64,000 bases of DNA from Candidatus Xenobia bacterium (GTDB lineage Bacteria; Vulcanimicrobiota; Xenobia; Xenobiales; QWHO01): NCBI GenBank assembly GCA_045863235.1, contig BTUM01000023.1:1-64000 (forward strand). The letters are read 5' to 3'. The position numbers were made by a program, and so were the translations under genes. The notes below the pieces were generated by a model. The model was not told the DNA's origin, did no database searches, and saw nothing but the letters and a program-made list of their open reading frames with translations. The stretch's first letter is position 1. Each line of letters opens with the position of its first letter. Shown piece by piece: positions 46,558 to 56,260 of this stretch.

Positions 46558-47637
46558 ATGTTCTTCGTGATCCCGGTCGGCGATGTGAACCGCTCCGAGC
46601 GCACACCCTGGGTGAACCATGCCCTGATCATAGCCAACATCGCGGTTTTCGTCTGGATGTACCTGCTGGCCACCGACACCGAGGCGATCATCAAGCAGTA
46701 TGCCTTCGTGCCCGCCCACCCCGAGGCCCTGACCTCCATCACCTCGATGTTCATGCACGGGGGGCCGGCCCACCTGATCGGCAACATGCTGTTTCTGTAC
46801 ATCTTCGGAGACAACGTGGAGGAGACGCTGGGTCATCTCGGGTACCTGGTCTTTTACGTGGTCGGTGGACTGTTTGCCGACTTCGTGCACGCTCACGTCA
46901 TCTCCGAGTCCATGCGCTCGATTCCCACGCTGGGCGCCTCCGGGGCCATCTCGGCCGTCATGGGAGCCTATGTGCTCCTTTTCCCGCGGGCCTCAATCAC
47001 TTACTGGGGGCTCTTCTTCGTCAAGACCTTCACCTTCAGCCTTTCGAGCTGGATCGCCGTGGGCTGGTGGTTCTTGATGCAACTTCTGTCGCACGATAGC
47101 ACCGGGCTCACCGGGGTCGCCTACGGTGCCCACATCGGCGGATTCATCTTCGGGGCCAGCGCCGCCGGGCTGCTCTTGATCGCAGGGGTGATCAGCACCA
47201 ACTGGGTCCACAGCGCCCGCGAGCGACGCTCCGAGCCGGTTTCCCACCAGGGCGAGGTGCTCGTCCCCTCGGCCACCCGAGGCGGCTACGTGCGATCGAC
47301 CGGAGCCTGTCCGGCATGCGCCCGCCCGTTGCAGCCTCCGGTGGAGGACGAGCGCCCTCCCCTGGATCGCTGCCTGACCTGCGGCGGCATCTGGCTCGAC
47401 CCCGGCGAAGCGGAGCAGGTCCTGAGCCTGCAACCCATGCCTGCCCACCTGGCGCGCCCACCGGCTCGCTTCGCCGATGCCGCCAGCATCCCCATCGGCA
47501 AGCGAGGCTGTCCACGCTGTCGCACGCCCCTCGACGTCACCGAGATCCTGGGCGTCTGGATGGAAGCCTGTCCCGGCTGCCGGGGCATCTGGGCCGACCG
47601 GTTCAAGCTCGGGGAACTCTCGCAACGCCTCCGATAA
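46558..47637 (+). CDS. rhomboid intramembrane serine protease fused to two zf-TFIIB-like zinc ribbons
   Basis: HLIGNM, GASG, AHIGG; CPAC..CLTCGGIWLD and CPRC..CPGCRGIW. Confidence 0.88.
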   Translation: MFFVIPVGDVNRSERTPWVNHALIIANIAVFVWMYLLATDTEAIIKQYAFVPAHPEALTSITSMFMHGGPAHLIGNMLFLYIFGDNVEETLGHLGYLVFYVVGGLFADFVHAHVISESMRSIPTLGASGAISAVMGAYVLLFPRASITYWGLFFVKTFTFSLSSWIAVGWWFLMQLLSHDSTGLTGVAYGAHIGGFIFGASAAGLLLIAGVISTNWVHSARERRSEPVSHQGEVLVPSATRGGYVRSTGACPACARPLQPPVEDERPPLDRCLTCGGIWLDPGEAEQVLSLQPMPAHLARPPARFADAASIPIGKRGCPRCRTPLDVTEILGVWMEACPGCRGIWADRFKLGELSQRLR

Positions 47638-47706
47638 AGGAGCCGCCCTTCGGGCGTGGAAAGCCCACCAGGAGCGGGGAAGCGTGAGCAACCCCGTGGA
47701 GACTCG

Positions 47707-48156
47707 ATGGACGACCACTCGGAGAGCCGATATCTTTCGATCTTGGAGGGGGTCATCGAGGAGTTGGGCCAGGTGGAGCGCGATTTTGCCTCGAGCAACA
47801 GCGGGATCCGAGCGATCACCGAGCTGATCGAGGAGATGTCGGGCGACACGGCTCGCTTCGCGCTCGATGACCCGGTGGTCCAGAAGGGCCACCGCGCGCT
47901 TCAACGCGTGGTGCAAAATCTGGAGGGGCAGCGGAACCGGCTCGGTCGAACCAGGCCGCCCGCCCTCTGGGAAGCCTTTCACGGTCTCTTGCTGCGGTCT
48001 TTGGACCTTCAGCATCAGGGCTACCTCGAGATGGCTCGCCTTTTCGAGGACCGCCAGCTGAGCCACTTGCGTGATGGTCAGCACCTGGTGCGGAAGGGGC
48101 TCGGGCTCTTGCAGGCCGGTCGGCGCAGGGAATCCTCCGCTTCGGTCGGCGGTTGA
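47707..48156 (+). CDS. helical hypothetical protein
   Basis: GGAG RBS then ATG at 47707. Confidence 0.55.
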   Translation: MDDHSESRYLSILEGVIEELGQVERDFASSNSGIRAITELIEEMSGDTARFALDDPVVQKGHRALQRVVQNLEGQRNRLGRTRPPALWEAFHGLLLRSLDLQHQGYLEMARLFEDRQLSHLRDGQHLVRKGLGLLQAGRRRESSASVGG

Positions 48157-48237
48157 GCCCAGACCCAGGATACCGAATCCGGTAGGCCCCGGAACGGGAA
48201 TCCGACCTCCTCGCCAGAGGTCAAGATAGGTGATGAG

Positions 48238-49650
48238 ATGGCGGAAACTCTAAGGTTAGGCGGTCGCCTGACGCTGCAGGTTCACGACCTGGCAGCCGGA
48301 GGCGAGGCGGTGGGACGAGTCGACAACTTTGTCGTCTTCGTTCCCTATGGCACGCCCGGCGACGAGCTTGAAGTCGAGATCACCGAACTGCGCAAGAATT
48401 TCGCGCGGGCCCGCATCTCCAAGATCCTCAAGCCATCCATCCGCCGCGTCGAGCCGCCATGCAGCATCTACTTCCAGTGCGGTGGGTGCCAGTTGCAGCA
48501 CATCGACTACGATTCGCAGCTGCACTTCAAGACCAAGACTGTCAAGGACTCTCTGCGCCACCTGGCCGGGCTCGGTGAGGTCAAGGTTCATCCCTGCAAG
48601 CGGATGGACGACCCCTGGTACTACCGCAACAAGGTGCAGGCGGTGGTCGCCGCCAAGCCCTTCCTCAAGGGCGAGTTGGAGAAGATGGCCAAGTTCCGCC
48701 CTTACATCGGGCTCTACGCGGCCGGCTCACACCGCGTCGTCAAGATGGACGAGTGCCTGATTCAAGACAAGGTGAACAACAAGGTGCTGCAGGCCACTCG
48801 CGAGATTCTCGAGCGGCTGCAATGGCCAGTCTATGATGAGCGCGATGGATCGGGCCTCATCCGCTACCTGGTGGCGCGCAGCTCGCGCAGCACGGGCGAG
48901 GCCATCCTGGTGGTGGTGGCGGCCCAGCCCCGTCTGCCCCAGGTGCAAGAGTTCCTCAATTTCCTCAAGCGGCGGGTTCCGAAGCTCAGAGGCGTGCTCC
49001 TCAACCTCAACCCCCACCAGACCAACGTCGTGCTCGGCAATCGCACCCAGTTGCTCTGGGGTCAAGACCATCTCGTCGAGGAGGTGCAGGGGCTCAAGTT
49101 CCATATCTCGCCCACCTCGTTCTTCCAGGTCAACACCCAGGGGTTGAGCGTGCTCTACGACGTGCTCGACGACTACGCCGACCTCAAGGGCCGCGAGTCG
49201 GTGCTCGACCTGTACTGCGGGGTGGGCTCGCTGGCCCTGTTCCTGGCCCGGAAAGCCCGCCGGGTGGTGGGAGTGGACGTCTCCCAGCCGGCCATCGAGG
49301 ACGCGGTGGTCAACTCCGATCTCAACGAGGTGGTCAACGCCACCTTCCAGGCGGGGCCGGTGGAACGCCTCCTGCCCCAGATGTACCGTGACGGAATGCG
49401 CTTTCAGGTGGCCATCGTGGACCCGCCCCGAAAGGGTTGCGATATCGATACTTTGAAGACTCTGGCCAAGATGCGCATCCCCAAGCTGATTTACGTCTCG
49501 TGCAATCCTTCCACGCTGGCCCGCGACCTGGGCATCCTGGCCGACCTGGGCTACCGCACGCACGAAATCCAGCCGCTGGACATGTTTCCCCAGACCCATC
49601 ACGTCGAATGCGTGGCCCGGCTCACCGAGGTGGGCCTGAAAGGCAAGTAA
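48238..49650 (+). CDS. rlmD: 23S rRNA (uracil-1939-C5)-methyltransferase
   Basis: TRAM N-terminus, CGGCQLQH, SFFQVN, DLYCGVG, DPPRKG, YVSCNP, DMFPQTHHVE. Confidence 0.9.
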   Translation: MAETLRLGGRLTLQVHDLAAGGEAVGRVDNFVVFVPYGTPGDELEVEITELRKNFARARISKILKPSIRRVEPPCSIYFQCGGCQLQHIDYDSQLHFKTKTVKDSLRHLAGLGEVKVHPCKRMDDPWYYRNKVQAVVAAKPFLKGELEKMAKFRPYIGLYAAGSHRVVKMDECLIQDKVNNKVLQATREILERLQWPVYDERDGSGLIRYLVARSSRSTGEAILVVVAAQPRLPQVQEFLNFLKRRVPKLRGVLLNLNPHQTNVVLGNRTQLLWGQDHLVEEVQGLKFHISPTSFFQVNTQGLSVLYDVLDDYADLKGRESVLDLYCGVGSLALFLARKARRVVGVDVSQPAIEDAVVNSDLNEVVNATFQAGPVERLLPQMYRDGMRFQVAIVDPPRKGCDIDTLKTLAKMRIPKLIYVSCNPSTLARDLGILADLGYRTHEIQPLDMFPQTHHVECVARLTEVGLKGK

Positions 49651-49654
49651 GCTC

Positions 49655-51988
49655 GTGGGGCTCCACCTCTCCGAGGCCAGCGAGCAGCTGGCCAAGAAAG
49701 CCGCGCAGCTCTCGCTCGACTGGCGCCACTACTACCTCAGCTGCGAGCACTACTTTGCCGCCGCCGTGGCCGTGGACGCCTCCTGCCGCAACTGGCTGGC
49801 CTCCAAGGGGCTCGACTCCGCCTCTCTGGAGAAGGAGATCCTGGAGCTGTTGCCCCTGGGCGACGACAAGGTCCCCAGTTGGAACGGCCAGCAGTCGCCC
49901 CGCCTGCGGCGCCTGCTGGGCAAGCCCGCTCAGGAGGTGGCCGAGAGCTGCCGGGCCATGCGCGTAGAGCCCAAGCACATTGTGGCCGCCATCCTGAGCG
50001 ATCCCAAGTGCATCCCCTCGCGCATCCTGGTGGAGCGCGGGATCGACCTGCGCAAAGCGGGGGGCGAGCTGTTGGGTGGCGTGTTCCCTTCGGTCAGCTC
50101 GGGGGGCGGCAACGGTGAGCCCGGCGAGCGCGTCTCCTCCTCGGGCGAGGGCAAGAAGAAAGAGAAAAAGGAGAAGATGCTGGCCAAGTACTCGCGTGAC
50201 CTGGTGGCCCGGGCGCGCGAGGGAAAGATCGACCCCGTGGTGGGGCGAAACGACGAGATCCGCCGCGTGCTCACCATCCTGGCCCGCAAGACCAAGTCCA
50301 ACCCGGTGCTCACGGGCGAAGCCGGGGTGGGCAAGACGGCCGTTGTGCTGGGCCTGGCCCAGCGCATCGCCGAGGGCAAGGTGCCCGACCAGCTCAAGGA
50401 CCGTCGCCTGCTCGAGCTCAACCTCACCGCCATGCTCGCGGGCGCCAAGCACCGGGGTGAGTTCGAGGAGCGCCTCCAGGGCGTGATGGAGGAGGTGCTC
50501 GAGGATCCGCGCATCGTGCTCTTCATCGACGAGCTCCACCAGCTGGTGGGAGCGGGCGACTCGCGGGGGGGCATGGATGCCTCCAACATCCTCAAGCCGG
50601 CCCTGGCGCGGGGCGACTTTCCGCTGATCGGGGCTACCACCACCGACGAGTACCGTAAGTCCATCGAGCTCGATCCGGCCCTGGAGCGGCGTTTCCAGCC
50701 GGTGCTCGTGGGCGAGCCCTCGGAAGAGGACGCCTTCACCATCCTCAAGGGCCTGAGCAAGAATTACGAGAGCCACCACGGGGTCAAGTTCCCCGAGGAG
50801 GCCCTGCTGGCGGCCGTCAAGCTGTCGGTGCGCTTCCTGCCCGACCGCAACCTGCCCGACAAGGCCATCGACCTGATCGACGAGTCGGCCGCCCGCATCA
50901 AGAATCGCTCGGGCGTGTTCGAGGGCCAGGCCGGGCAGGTCAAGTTCGAGGTCACCCCGGACGTGATTGCCGAGGTGGTCTCCGACTGGACCGGCATCCC
51001 CGTCAATCGCATGACGGCGGAGGAGTCCGAGCGCCTGCTGGAGATGGAGACGCTCTTGCAGCAGCGGGTGGTGGGCCAGGATCACGCCTGCCTGGCGGTG
51101 GCCCAGACCATCCGGGTGGTGCGCATGGGCCTGGTCTCGCCCACCCGCCCGGGGGGCGTGTTCTTCTTTCTGGGGCCAAGCGGCGTGGGCAAGACGGAGC
51201 TGGCCAAAGGGCTGGCCGAGTTCTTGTTCGGCAGCGAAAAAGAGATGGTGCGTTTTGACATGTCCGAGTTCCATGACAAGCACTCCATCTCGCGTCTGAT
51301 CGGCTCGCCCCCGGGCTACGTGGGCCACGACGAGGAGGGACAGCTGACCGGGGCGGTGCGCACCAAGCCCTATTCGGTGGTGCTGCTCGACGAGGTGGAA
51401 AAGGCCCACCCCGAGGTCTTCGACCTGTTCTTGCAGGTCTTCGACGACGGCCGCCTGACCGATTCCAAGGGCCGCACCGTCAACTTCACCAACACCATCA
51501 TCGTCATGACCTCCAATCTGGGCTCGCGCGACGCCGCCGCGGCCGGCGAGCGGGTGGGCGTGGCAGGCCAGCTCGAGAGCCTGCCGCCCTCTTACCAGAA
51601 GGCTCTGCGCGGCCACTTCCGGCCCGAGTTCCTCAACCGCATCGACGAGATCGTGCTCTTCCGGGCCCTGGAGAAGAGCGACCTGACCAGCATCGTGACC
51701 ATGCAGCTCGAGTCCTTGAGAAAGCAGGCCCGCGCCCAGAGCGGGTTGGAGCTCTCCTACACCCCCGAGGCGGTGGAGTTCATCATCGAAAAGGGCTACC
51801 AGCCCGAGTTTGGAGCTCGCCCCATCGCTCGGGCCATCGACCACCACCTCAAGCGCCCGCTGGCCTCGGAGCTGCTGCGGCGCAAGTATCCTCCCTCCAC
51901 CGAGCTGGAGGTGGTGCGCGACGGCGACGAGCTCTCGTTTGTGACCCGGAGCCGCGAGGAGATCGGGGGCACGCTCGGTGCGGATTAA
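49655..51988 (+). CDS. Clp/Hsp100 double-AAA+ ATPase without a middle domain
   Basis: GEAGVGKT, FIDELH, RFLPDRNLPDKAIDLIDE, GPSGVGKTELAK, LLDEVEKAH, GARP. Confidence 0.9.
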   Translation: MGLHLSEASEQLAKKAAQLSLDWRHYYLSCEHYFAAAVAVDASCRNWLASKGLDSASLEKEILELLPLGDDKVPSWNGQQSPRLRRLLGKPAQEVAESCRAMRVEPKHIVAAILSDPKCIPSRILVERGIDLRKAGGELLGGVFPSVSSGGGNGEPGERVSSSGEGKKKEKKEKMLAKYSRDLVARAREGKIDPVVGRNDEIRRVLTILARKTKSNPVLTGEAGVGKTAVVLGLAQRIAEGKVPDQLKDRRLLELNLTAMLAGAKHRGEFEERLQGVMEEVLEDPRIVLFIDELHQLVGAGDSRGGMDASNILKPALARGDFPLIGATTTDEYRKSIELDPALERRFQPVLVGEPSEEDAFTILKGLSKNYESHHGVKFPEEALLAAVKLSVRFLPDRNLPDKAIDLIDESAARIKNRSGVFEGQAGQVKFEVTPDVIAEVVSDWTGIPVNRMTAEESERLLEMETLLQQRVVGQDHACLAVAQTIRVVRMGLVSPTRPGGVFFFLGPSGVGKTELAKGLAEFLFGSEKEMVRFDMSEFHDKHSISRLIGSPPGYVGHDEEGQLTGAVRTKPYSVVLLDEVEKAHPEVFDLFLQVFDDGRLTDSKGRTVNFTNTIIVMTSNLGSRDAAAAGERVGVAGQLESLPPSYQKALRGHFRPEFLNRIDEIVLFRALEKSDLTSIVTMQLESLRKQARAQSGLELSYTPEAVEFIIEKGYQPEFGARPIARAIDHHLKRPLASELLRRKYPPSTELEVVRDGDELSFVTRSREEIGGTLGAD

Positions 51989-52262
51989 GCTCGAAGTGCT
52001 CTCGGGTCCGCTCGACGGGCACGTCTTCCAGTTCAACCACTCGGTGGAGGTGGGGCGCGAGGCCAAGGTGCAGATCGCCACCGACAACTTCATCTCGCGT
52101 CGCCACGCCCTGATCGACCTGCAAGACCCGCACGTCTACCTCGAGGACCTGCGCTCCACCAACGGCACCTTCGTGGACGGCGAGCGCTTGAACGGACGCT
52201 GCGAGCTGGCTAACGGCAAGGTGTTCAAGTGCGGCCGCACCTGGCTCGAGATCAGCTGGTAA
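51978..52262 (+). CDS. stand-alone FHA domain protein
   Basis: VGR..ISRRHA..DLRSTNGTFVDG. Confidence 0.9.
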   Translation: MRIKLEVLSGPLDGHVFQFNHSVEVGREAKVQIATDNFISRRHALIDLQDPHVYLEDLRSTNGTFVDGERLNGRCELANGKVFKCGRTWLEISW

Positions 52263-52303
52263 CCTGCAGGGGCGGCGGCCCGATCGGCGAAGGGCCGGCG
52301 CCT

Positions 52304-52975
52304 ATGTTGGCAAGATACGCACTTCTCCTGATGTTTACCGCTCTTCTGGCCCTGCCCGGCCTGTCCGACGACATCTCCGGACCGCTGCGCAAGACTCTCA
52401 CCGAAGAGTCGTGGGGCTCGATCTACTATGTTCCCACCGAGCTGAAAGACTACGATTACTCCCGGAACGTCATGGATGGCACGCGGGTGGTCGAGAGCGC
52501 GCTGGGCAAAGTGGTCATCAAGGACGCCGGCATCGGGAGCTTCGAGATCACTTACCCCGACACTACCCTGACCGTGGACAGCAGCAAGGATGGCGTGCGG
52601 GTCAAGTTTCGCAACCAGACCTACGAGTTTCTCAAATCCGGCCACACCATGACCTTCAAGCTGCCTGACGACGAGATCCGCTACGCCCACACCGAGACCG
52701 AGTTCGTCATCAATGGCAAGAAGGGCACCACCAAGATCGTCGAGCGAGACGGCAACTACCACATGGAGAGCCCGGTGGGCGTGTTCTCCTACGTGCCCGA
52801 CCCCGACGGCGGATTCAAGGTGCGCGGGGCCCCCGCCGTCAAGCACACCTACCTGATGCGCGGAGCCATCTTTCAGGATGCCGGCGTGGGCGTCTTGATC
52901 GACTTTCGCAAGTTCGATCCCGAGAGCCCCATCTTCCGCTTCATGGAGTGGATCCCGATTTTCGAGTATCGCTGA
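52304..52975 (+). CDS. secreted beta-rich hypothetical protein
   Basis: Signal peptide MLARYALLLMFTALLALPGLS. Confidence 0.7.
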   Translation: MLARYALLLMFTALLALPGLSDDISGPLRKTLTEESWGSIYYVPTELKDYDYSRNVMDGTRVVESALGKVVIKDAGIGSFEITYPDTTLTVDSSKDGVRVKFRNQTYEFLKSGHTMTFKLPDDEIRYAHTETEFVINGKKGTTKIVERDGNYHMESPVGVFSYVPDPDGGFKVRGAPAVKHTYLMRGAIFQDAGVGVLIDFRKFDPESPIFRFMEWIPIFEYR

Positions 52976-52980
52976 GCATA

Positions 52981-53009
52981 TTGACAGAACGCCACCCGGG
53001 CCGTAAGAT
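52981..53009 (+). promoter_or_regulatory. sigma70-type promoter for the tRNA
   Basis: TTGACA-N17-TAAGAT just upstream of the tRNA. Confidence 0.75.
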
Positions 53010-53022
53010 CGTGTCCTGTCCT

Positions 53023-53097
53023 GGCGGGGTAGCTCAGTGGCAGAGCAGGGGACTCATAAGCCCTTGGTCGGCAGTTCAAATCTGCCTCCCGCCACCA
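53023..53097 (+). tRNA. tRNA with CAT anticodon, most likely elongator tRNA-Met
   Basis: GGCGGGG/TCCCGCC acceptor stem, CTCATAA loop, TTCAAAT, CCA end; G1 paired so not initiator. Confidence 0.88.
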
Positions 53098-53100
53098 CCC

Positions 53101-53130
53101 AAAAGGCCCGTTTGATGCGGGCTTTTTTTT
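53101..53130. terminator. bidirectional intrinsic terminator
   Basis: aaaaggcccg-tttgatg-cgggc followed by a T run. Confidence 0.8.
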
Positions 53131-53172
53131 GTCGGTTCAGAACCTCGGCTCGGGAATGGGGGACGAGAGAAG

Positions 53173-53673
53173 CTAGTTCCAGTCCTCGTCCAACTGGTAC
53201 CAGTCCGCGTCCAGCGCAGTATAGCGCATCTCGTTTCCCTGGTCAGGTGGGGGAGTGCCGTAGCCCGGCGCGTAGATGAAAGAGCGCCGGCCCCAGCCGC
53301 CCAGGCTGAACTGCGCTTCCACCAGCTTTCGGTTGCGGTAGCGGGCGGTGATCCAGAGCACGCTCACCCGGCTCTTGCCCACCGCGGTGGCGATGCGCTC
53401 GAAGTCGCGCCGGGCGACCTGGTCGAAGGGGCGCGCCTTTCCCTGGAACAGACCGCAGGTCGACTCGTGGCTGCTCTGCATGAAGCGCCCGCCCGGGTAT
53501 TCGAAACACTCGCACCAGTCCTGGTCGCGGAAGACGGTCACCTGCAGCGTCTCCAGCTCGCTCACCACGGCCCTGAGGCGGGCCGTCTGGGCCAGCGGGT
53601 GCTGGAAACGATAGTATTCCGCACCTCCCCAGGCCATGGCGACGACCAGCAGGACCAGCAGCCGGGGTCTCAC
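53173..53673 (-). CDS. hypothetical protein with N-terminal hydrophobic segment
   Basis: GTGA overlap with upstream gene; MRPRLLVLLVVAMAW. Confidence 0.65.
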   Translation of the reverse strand: MRPRLLVLLVVAMAWGGAEYYRFQHPLAQTARLRAVVSELETLQVTVFRDQDWCECFEYPGGRFMQSSHESTCGLFQGKARPFDQVARRDFERIATAVGKSRVSVLWITARYRNRKLVEAQFSLGGWGRRSFIYAPGYGTPPPDQGNEMRYTALDADWYQLDEDWN

Positions 53674-56117
53674 TCGGAGGCTTTCTTCACCCGCACGCCG
53701 CCCACGATGACGGCATCGGCCTGCTCTTCCACCCCGCCGAGCTGCTCGGGGCGGGTCTGGGCCAGGATTTTGTATGCTTCGCCCTGATGGCGGGCCAGCG
53801 CGGTCAGATGCTTCTTGAGTACGGGGCGAGGGTCGCCGGGAGCGGCCAGGTCGCGCTGCAGCGCGTCCAGTACGGGCGGGGCCAGTTTGTCGTCGCGGTA
53901 GGCCCGAGCGGCCGCGTCCAGGGCCTGTACGATGGGTGCGGCCATGGTCTTGCCCGAGGCCTCGTCGAGCTGACCGACCAGCGTGGTGAGGGTGGCTGCC
54001 AGCCAGCCGGGGTCATGGGTGGCCGTGGCGGCCAGGCCATCCACCAGCACCTTGTTGAGGGCCTGTTGCTGTCGCGGCGTGGCCAGTTTCACTCCATGCA
54101 GGCTCTGGCAGGCCTTGAGCACGCCTGAGGCCGGCTCGGGACGGAGGTCGGCCTGCCGGCCCACCTCCTGCCAGCACAGTCGGCCGAGCGTCAGAGCGTC
54201 CACCGGGTCGCTGGTCAGGTAGCCAGCCGACTTCTGGGTCAGCTGGCCCAGCTTCTGGGGCACCGAGGGGCTGGCCGGGTCGGCCAGCTCGAAGATCTTG
54301 TAGATGGCTGATTTCACTTCGCCGGGATAGCCGGTGCGGTGGGCCGCGATGCCGGCGGCCAGGGCCATCTGAGGCTGCAGCGCACCGCTCGAGCTGTGGG
54401 CCAGGCGCTCGGCGGCCACCCGGGCGAATGCCGAGGCAGCGATGTCGCTGGAGCCGGTCTTGAGCACCGAGCGAGCGAAGGCCGCGGCATCGGTGAAGCT
54501 CTGCTCGGACAGGACCTTGAAGGCGGTCAGCAACAGGGGCCTCTGCTGGTCTTCCGGCAGGGCGGCGCAGGTGCTTTTGAGGATGGCCACCACATCCGGG
54601 TATCGATTCTTGAGCGTCTCGAGGGCCGTGAGCGCCACGTCGTTCTGGTCGACGGGGTTGGTCAGGTTGGCCTGCAGCCGATTGGCGACATAGGCCACCC
54701 GGTCGCCCCGGATGCCCGGCTTGAAGCCGGGCAGGGCATAGCGCAGGAAGATGTCGGCACCTTTGGACGGGTCTCGGTACTCCAGCGCGGCCAGATCGCG
54801 AGCCAGCGCCAGCCCGTCCTGCTCGTCGGGGGTCTGGGCCAGCTGTTGCCAGTGGTCCAGGCAGGCCGCCACCGCCTGCACGCGCACGGTCTTGTCGCCC
54901 ACCTTCTGCAGCAGGCCATCCAGCCCGCAAACCAGCTCGACCAGGGGCCAGGCCGCTGCCAGGGCGGTCAGCACCGGCTTGGGCTCGGCTCCCGCCTTGA
55001 CCAGCTCTTCGAGTCCGAGCGCCAGCGGGGCCGCGCGCTGATCCGATTGCATGGCCCCGAGCAGGGCAGCCAGCTTGTCGGCAGAGGCTACCTGGGCAGC
55101 CACCTGGAAGTGGGTCAGCTTGTCGTTCTTGGCCTGCAGCATGGCTCCTCGCGCCAGCTGTCCGCCGCTCAACCCCAGCTGCTGGCCCAGGGCCAGGAAA
55201 CTGTTCAGGCGCGGATCACGCTCGCTCAACCCGGCGACCAGCTCGGTGGCCAGTTCCAGGGGGGGCTCGCTGGTCTTGGCCAGGAAGCCTTCCACGACCT
55301 GGCTGCGCTCGGCCTGTTGCTCGGCCCCGCGCAGGCAGAGCTGCACCAGCCGTCCCTTGCTCTGCGAATCGGGAGCCGCCGCCAGGAGCCGGTCCGTCCA
55401 GTCGCGCCATTCCTGGGGCAGGGGGGCCAGCAGGCTGGTTCTGTGAGTGGCGCAATCGTCCGGCCCTAGCCCCGAGGCGGCCGCAGCCGCGATGGCCAGC
55501 TCGCTCTTGCCGGAAGCGATGGCATCCAGACCTGGCTTGAGGGCGCCCGGGGGCAGCGAGGTCAAGAGCTGCGAGCCCAGCTCCTGGGCCAGCAGGCGCT
55601 GACCTGCCTGGCGGGGCCCGCTGCTCAGGGTCTCCAGCCGTCCGGCAAAGGTGGCCAGGGCGCGCGCCTCGCGTGGGCGCTCGGCGCTCAAGAGCTGCAG
55701 GCACTCGCCTCCTCCGCCGGCCTGGGCCAGCGTGGCCGCCAGAGGATCGAAGGCCAGCGCCTGCAGGGCGGCCTTTCCAGCCGGAGCCGAGGGGCTCTCC
55801 TTCTGGTCCGTGACACTGGCCTCCCAGACCGCCATGGCCAGGCCGGCCAGGGGGGCCACTTTGCCCGTGGCGAGCGCCGCCGACCGCTCTCCGATGGTGA
55901 CCAGGGCGGCTCGCAGCATGGGCAGTTGCTTGTCTTCGGGGGCGGCGGCCACCATCTCCCTGGCCATTTGCACCGAGCTTTGCAGGGAGGGCTCCTGAGC
56001 CAGCATCTCCAGGCCTTGCTGACCGGCCTCGATGCGCTTTCGCTGGCGGTGAAACAGGTGGAACTGGTCGACCCGCGAGACGCTCTCGCGCGCAACGGTG
56101 GATGCGTCGATTCTCAT
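53670..56117 (-). CDS. large Ala/Leu-rich helical hypothetical protein
   Basis: 815-aa ORF with host codon bias; ends GGVEEQADAVIVGGVRVKKASE. Confidence 0.75.
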   Translation of the reverse strand: MRIDASTVARESVSRVDQFHLFHRQRKRIEAGQQGLEMLAQEPSLQSSVQMAREMVAAAPEDKQLPMLRAALVTIGERSAALATGKVAPLAGLAMAVWEASVTDQKESPSAPAGKAALQALAFDPLAATLAQAGGGGECLQLLSAERPREARALATFAGRLETLSSGPRQAGQRLLAQELGSQLLTSLPPGALKPGLDAIASGKSELAIAAAAASGLGPDDCATHRTSLLAPLPQEWRDWTDRLLAAAPDSQSKGRLVQLCLRGAEQQAERSQVVEGFLAKTSEPPLELATELVAGLSERDPRLNSFLALGQQLGLSGGQLARGAMLQAKNDKLTHFQVAAQVASADKLAALLGAMQSDQRAAPLALGLEELVKAGAEPKPVLTALAAAWPLVELVCGLDGLLQKVGDKTVRVQAVAACLDHWQQLAQTPDEQDGLALARDLAALEYRDPSKGADIFLRYALPGFKPGIRGDRVAYVANRLQANLTNPVDQNDVALTALETLKNRYPDVVAILKSTCAALPEDQQRPLLLTAFKVLSEQSFTDAAAFARSVLKTGSSDIAASAFARVAAERLAHSSSGALQPQMALAAGIAAHRTGYPGEVKSAIYKIFELADPASPSVPQKLGQLTQKSAGYLTSDPVDALTLGRLCWQEVGRQADLRPEPASGVLKACQSLHGVKLATPRQQQALNKVLVDGLAATATHDPGWLAATLTTLVGQLDEASGKTMAAPIVQALDAAARAYRDDKLAPPVLDALQRDLAAPGDPRPVLKKHLTALARHQGEAYKILAQTRPEQLGGVEEQADAVIVGGVRVKKASE

Positions 56118-56171
56118 ACCCTGTCAGTTTAGCGGCAAGAGCTGAAAGAAAGACAAAAAGCCCCCGACCAT

Positions 56172-56232
56172 GAGCGCAGCCGGAAAACCGTGTCACGGGT
56201 TTCCGGCTGCGCGACGCTCAACAGGTTGAGCG
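56172..56232. repeat. copy of the hairpin module of the 12482-12763 repeat
   Basis: gagcgcagccggaaa..tttccggctgcgcgacgc matches ~12655-12702. Confidence 0.85.
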
Positions 56233-56260
56233 TGGTCCCATCACCTGGGGAGCGGTGCGA

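Noticed and set aside
49655..52262. Type VI secretion locus (ClpV + Fha)
   Set aside because: No tssB/C, hcp, vgrG or baseplate genes in the window
53023..53097. tRNA-Ile2 or initiator tRNA
   Set aside because: G1:C72 is paired and the acceptor stem has G4/G5 rather than the C4/C5 typical of TilS substrates
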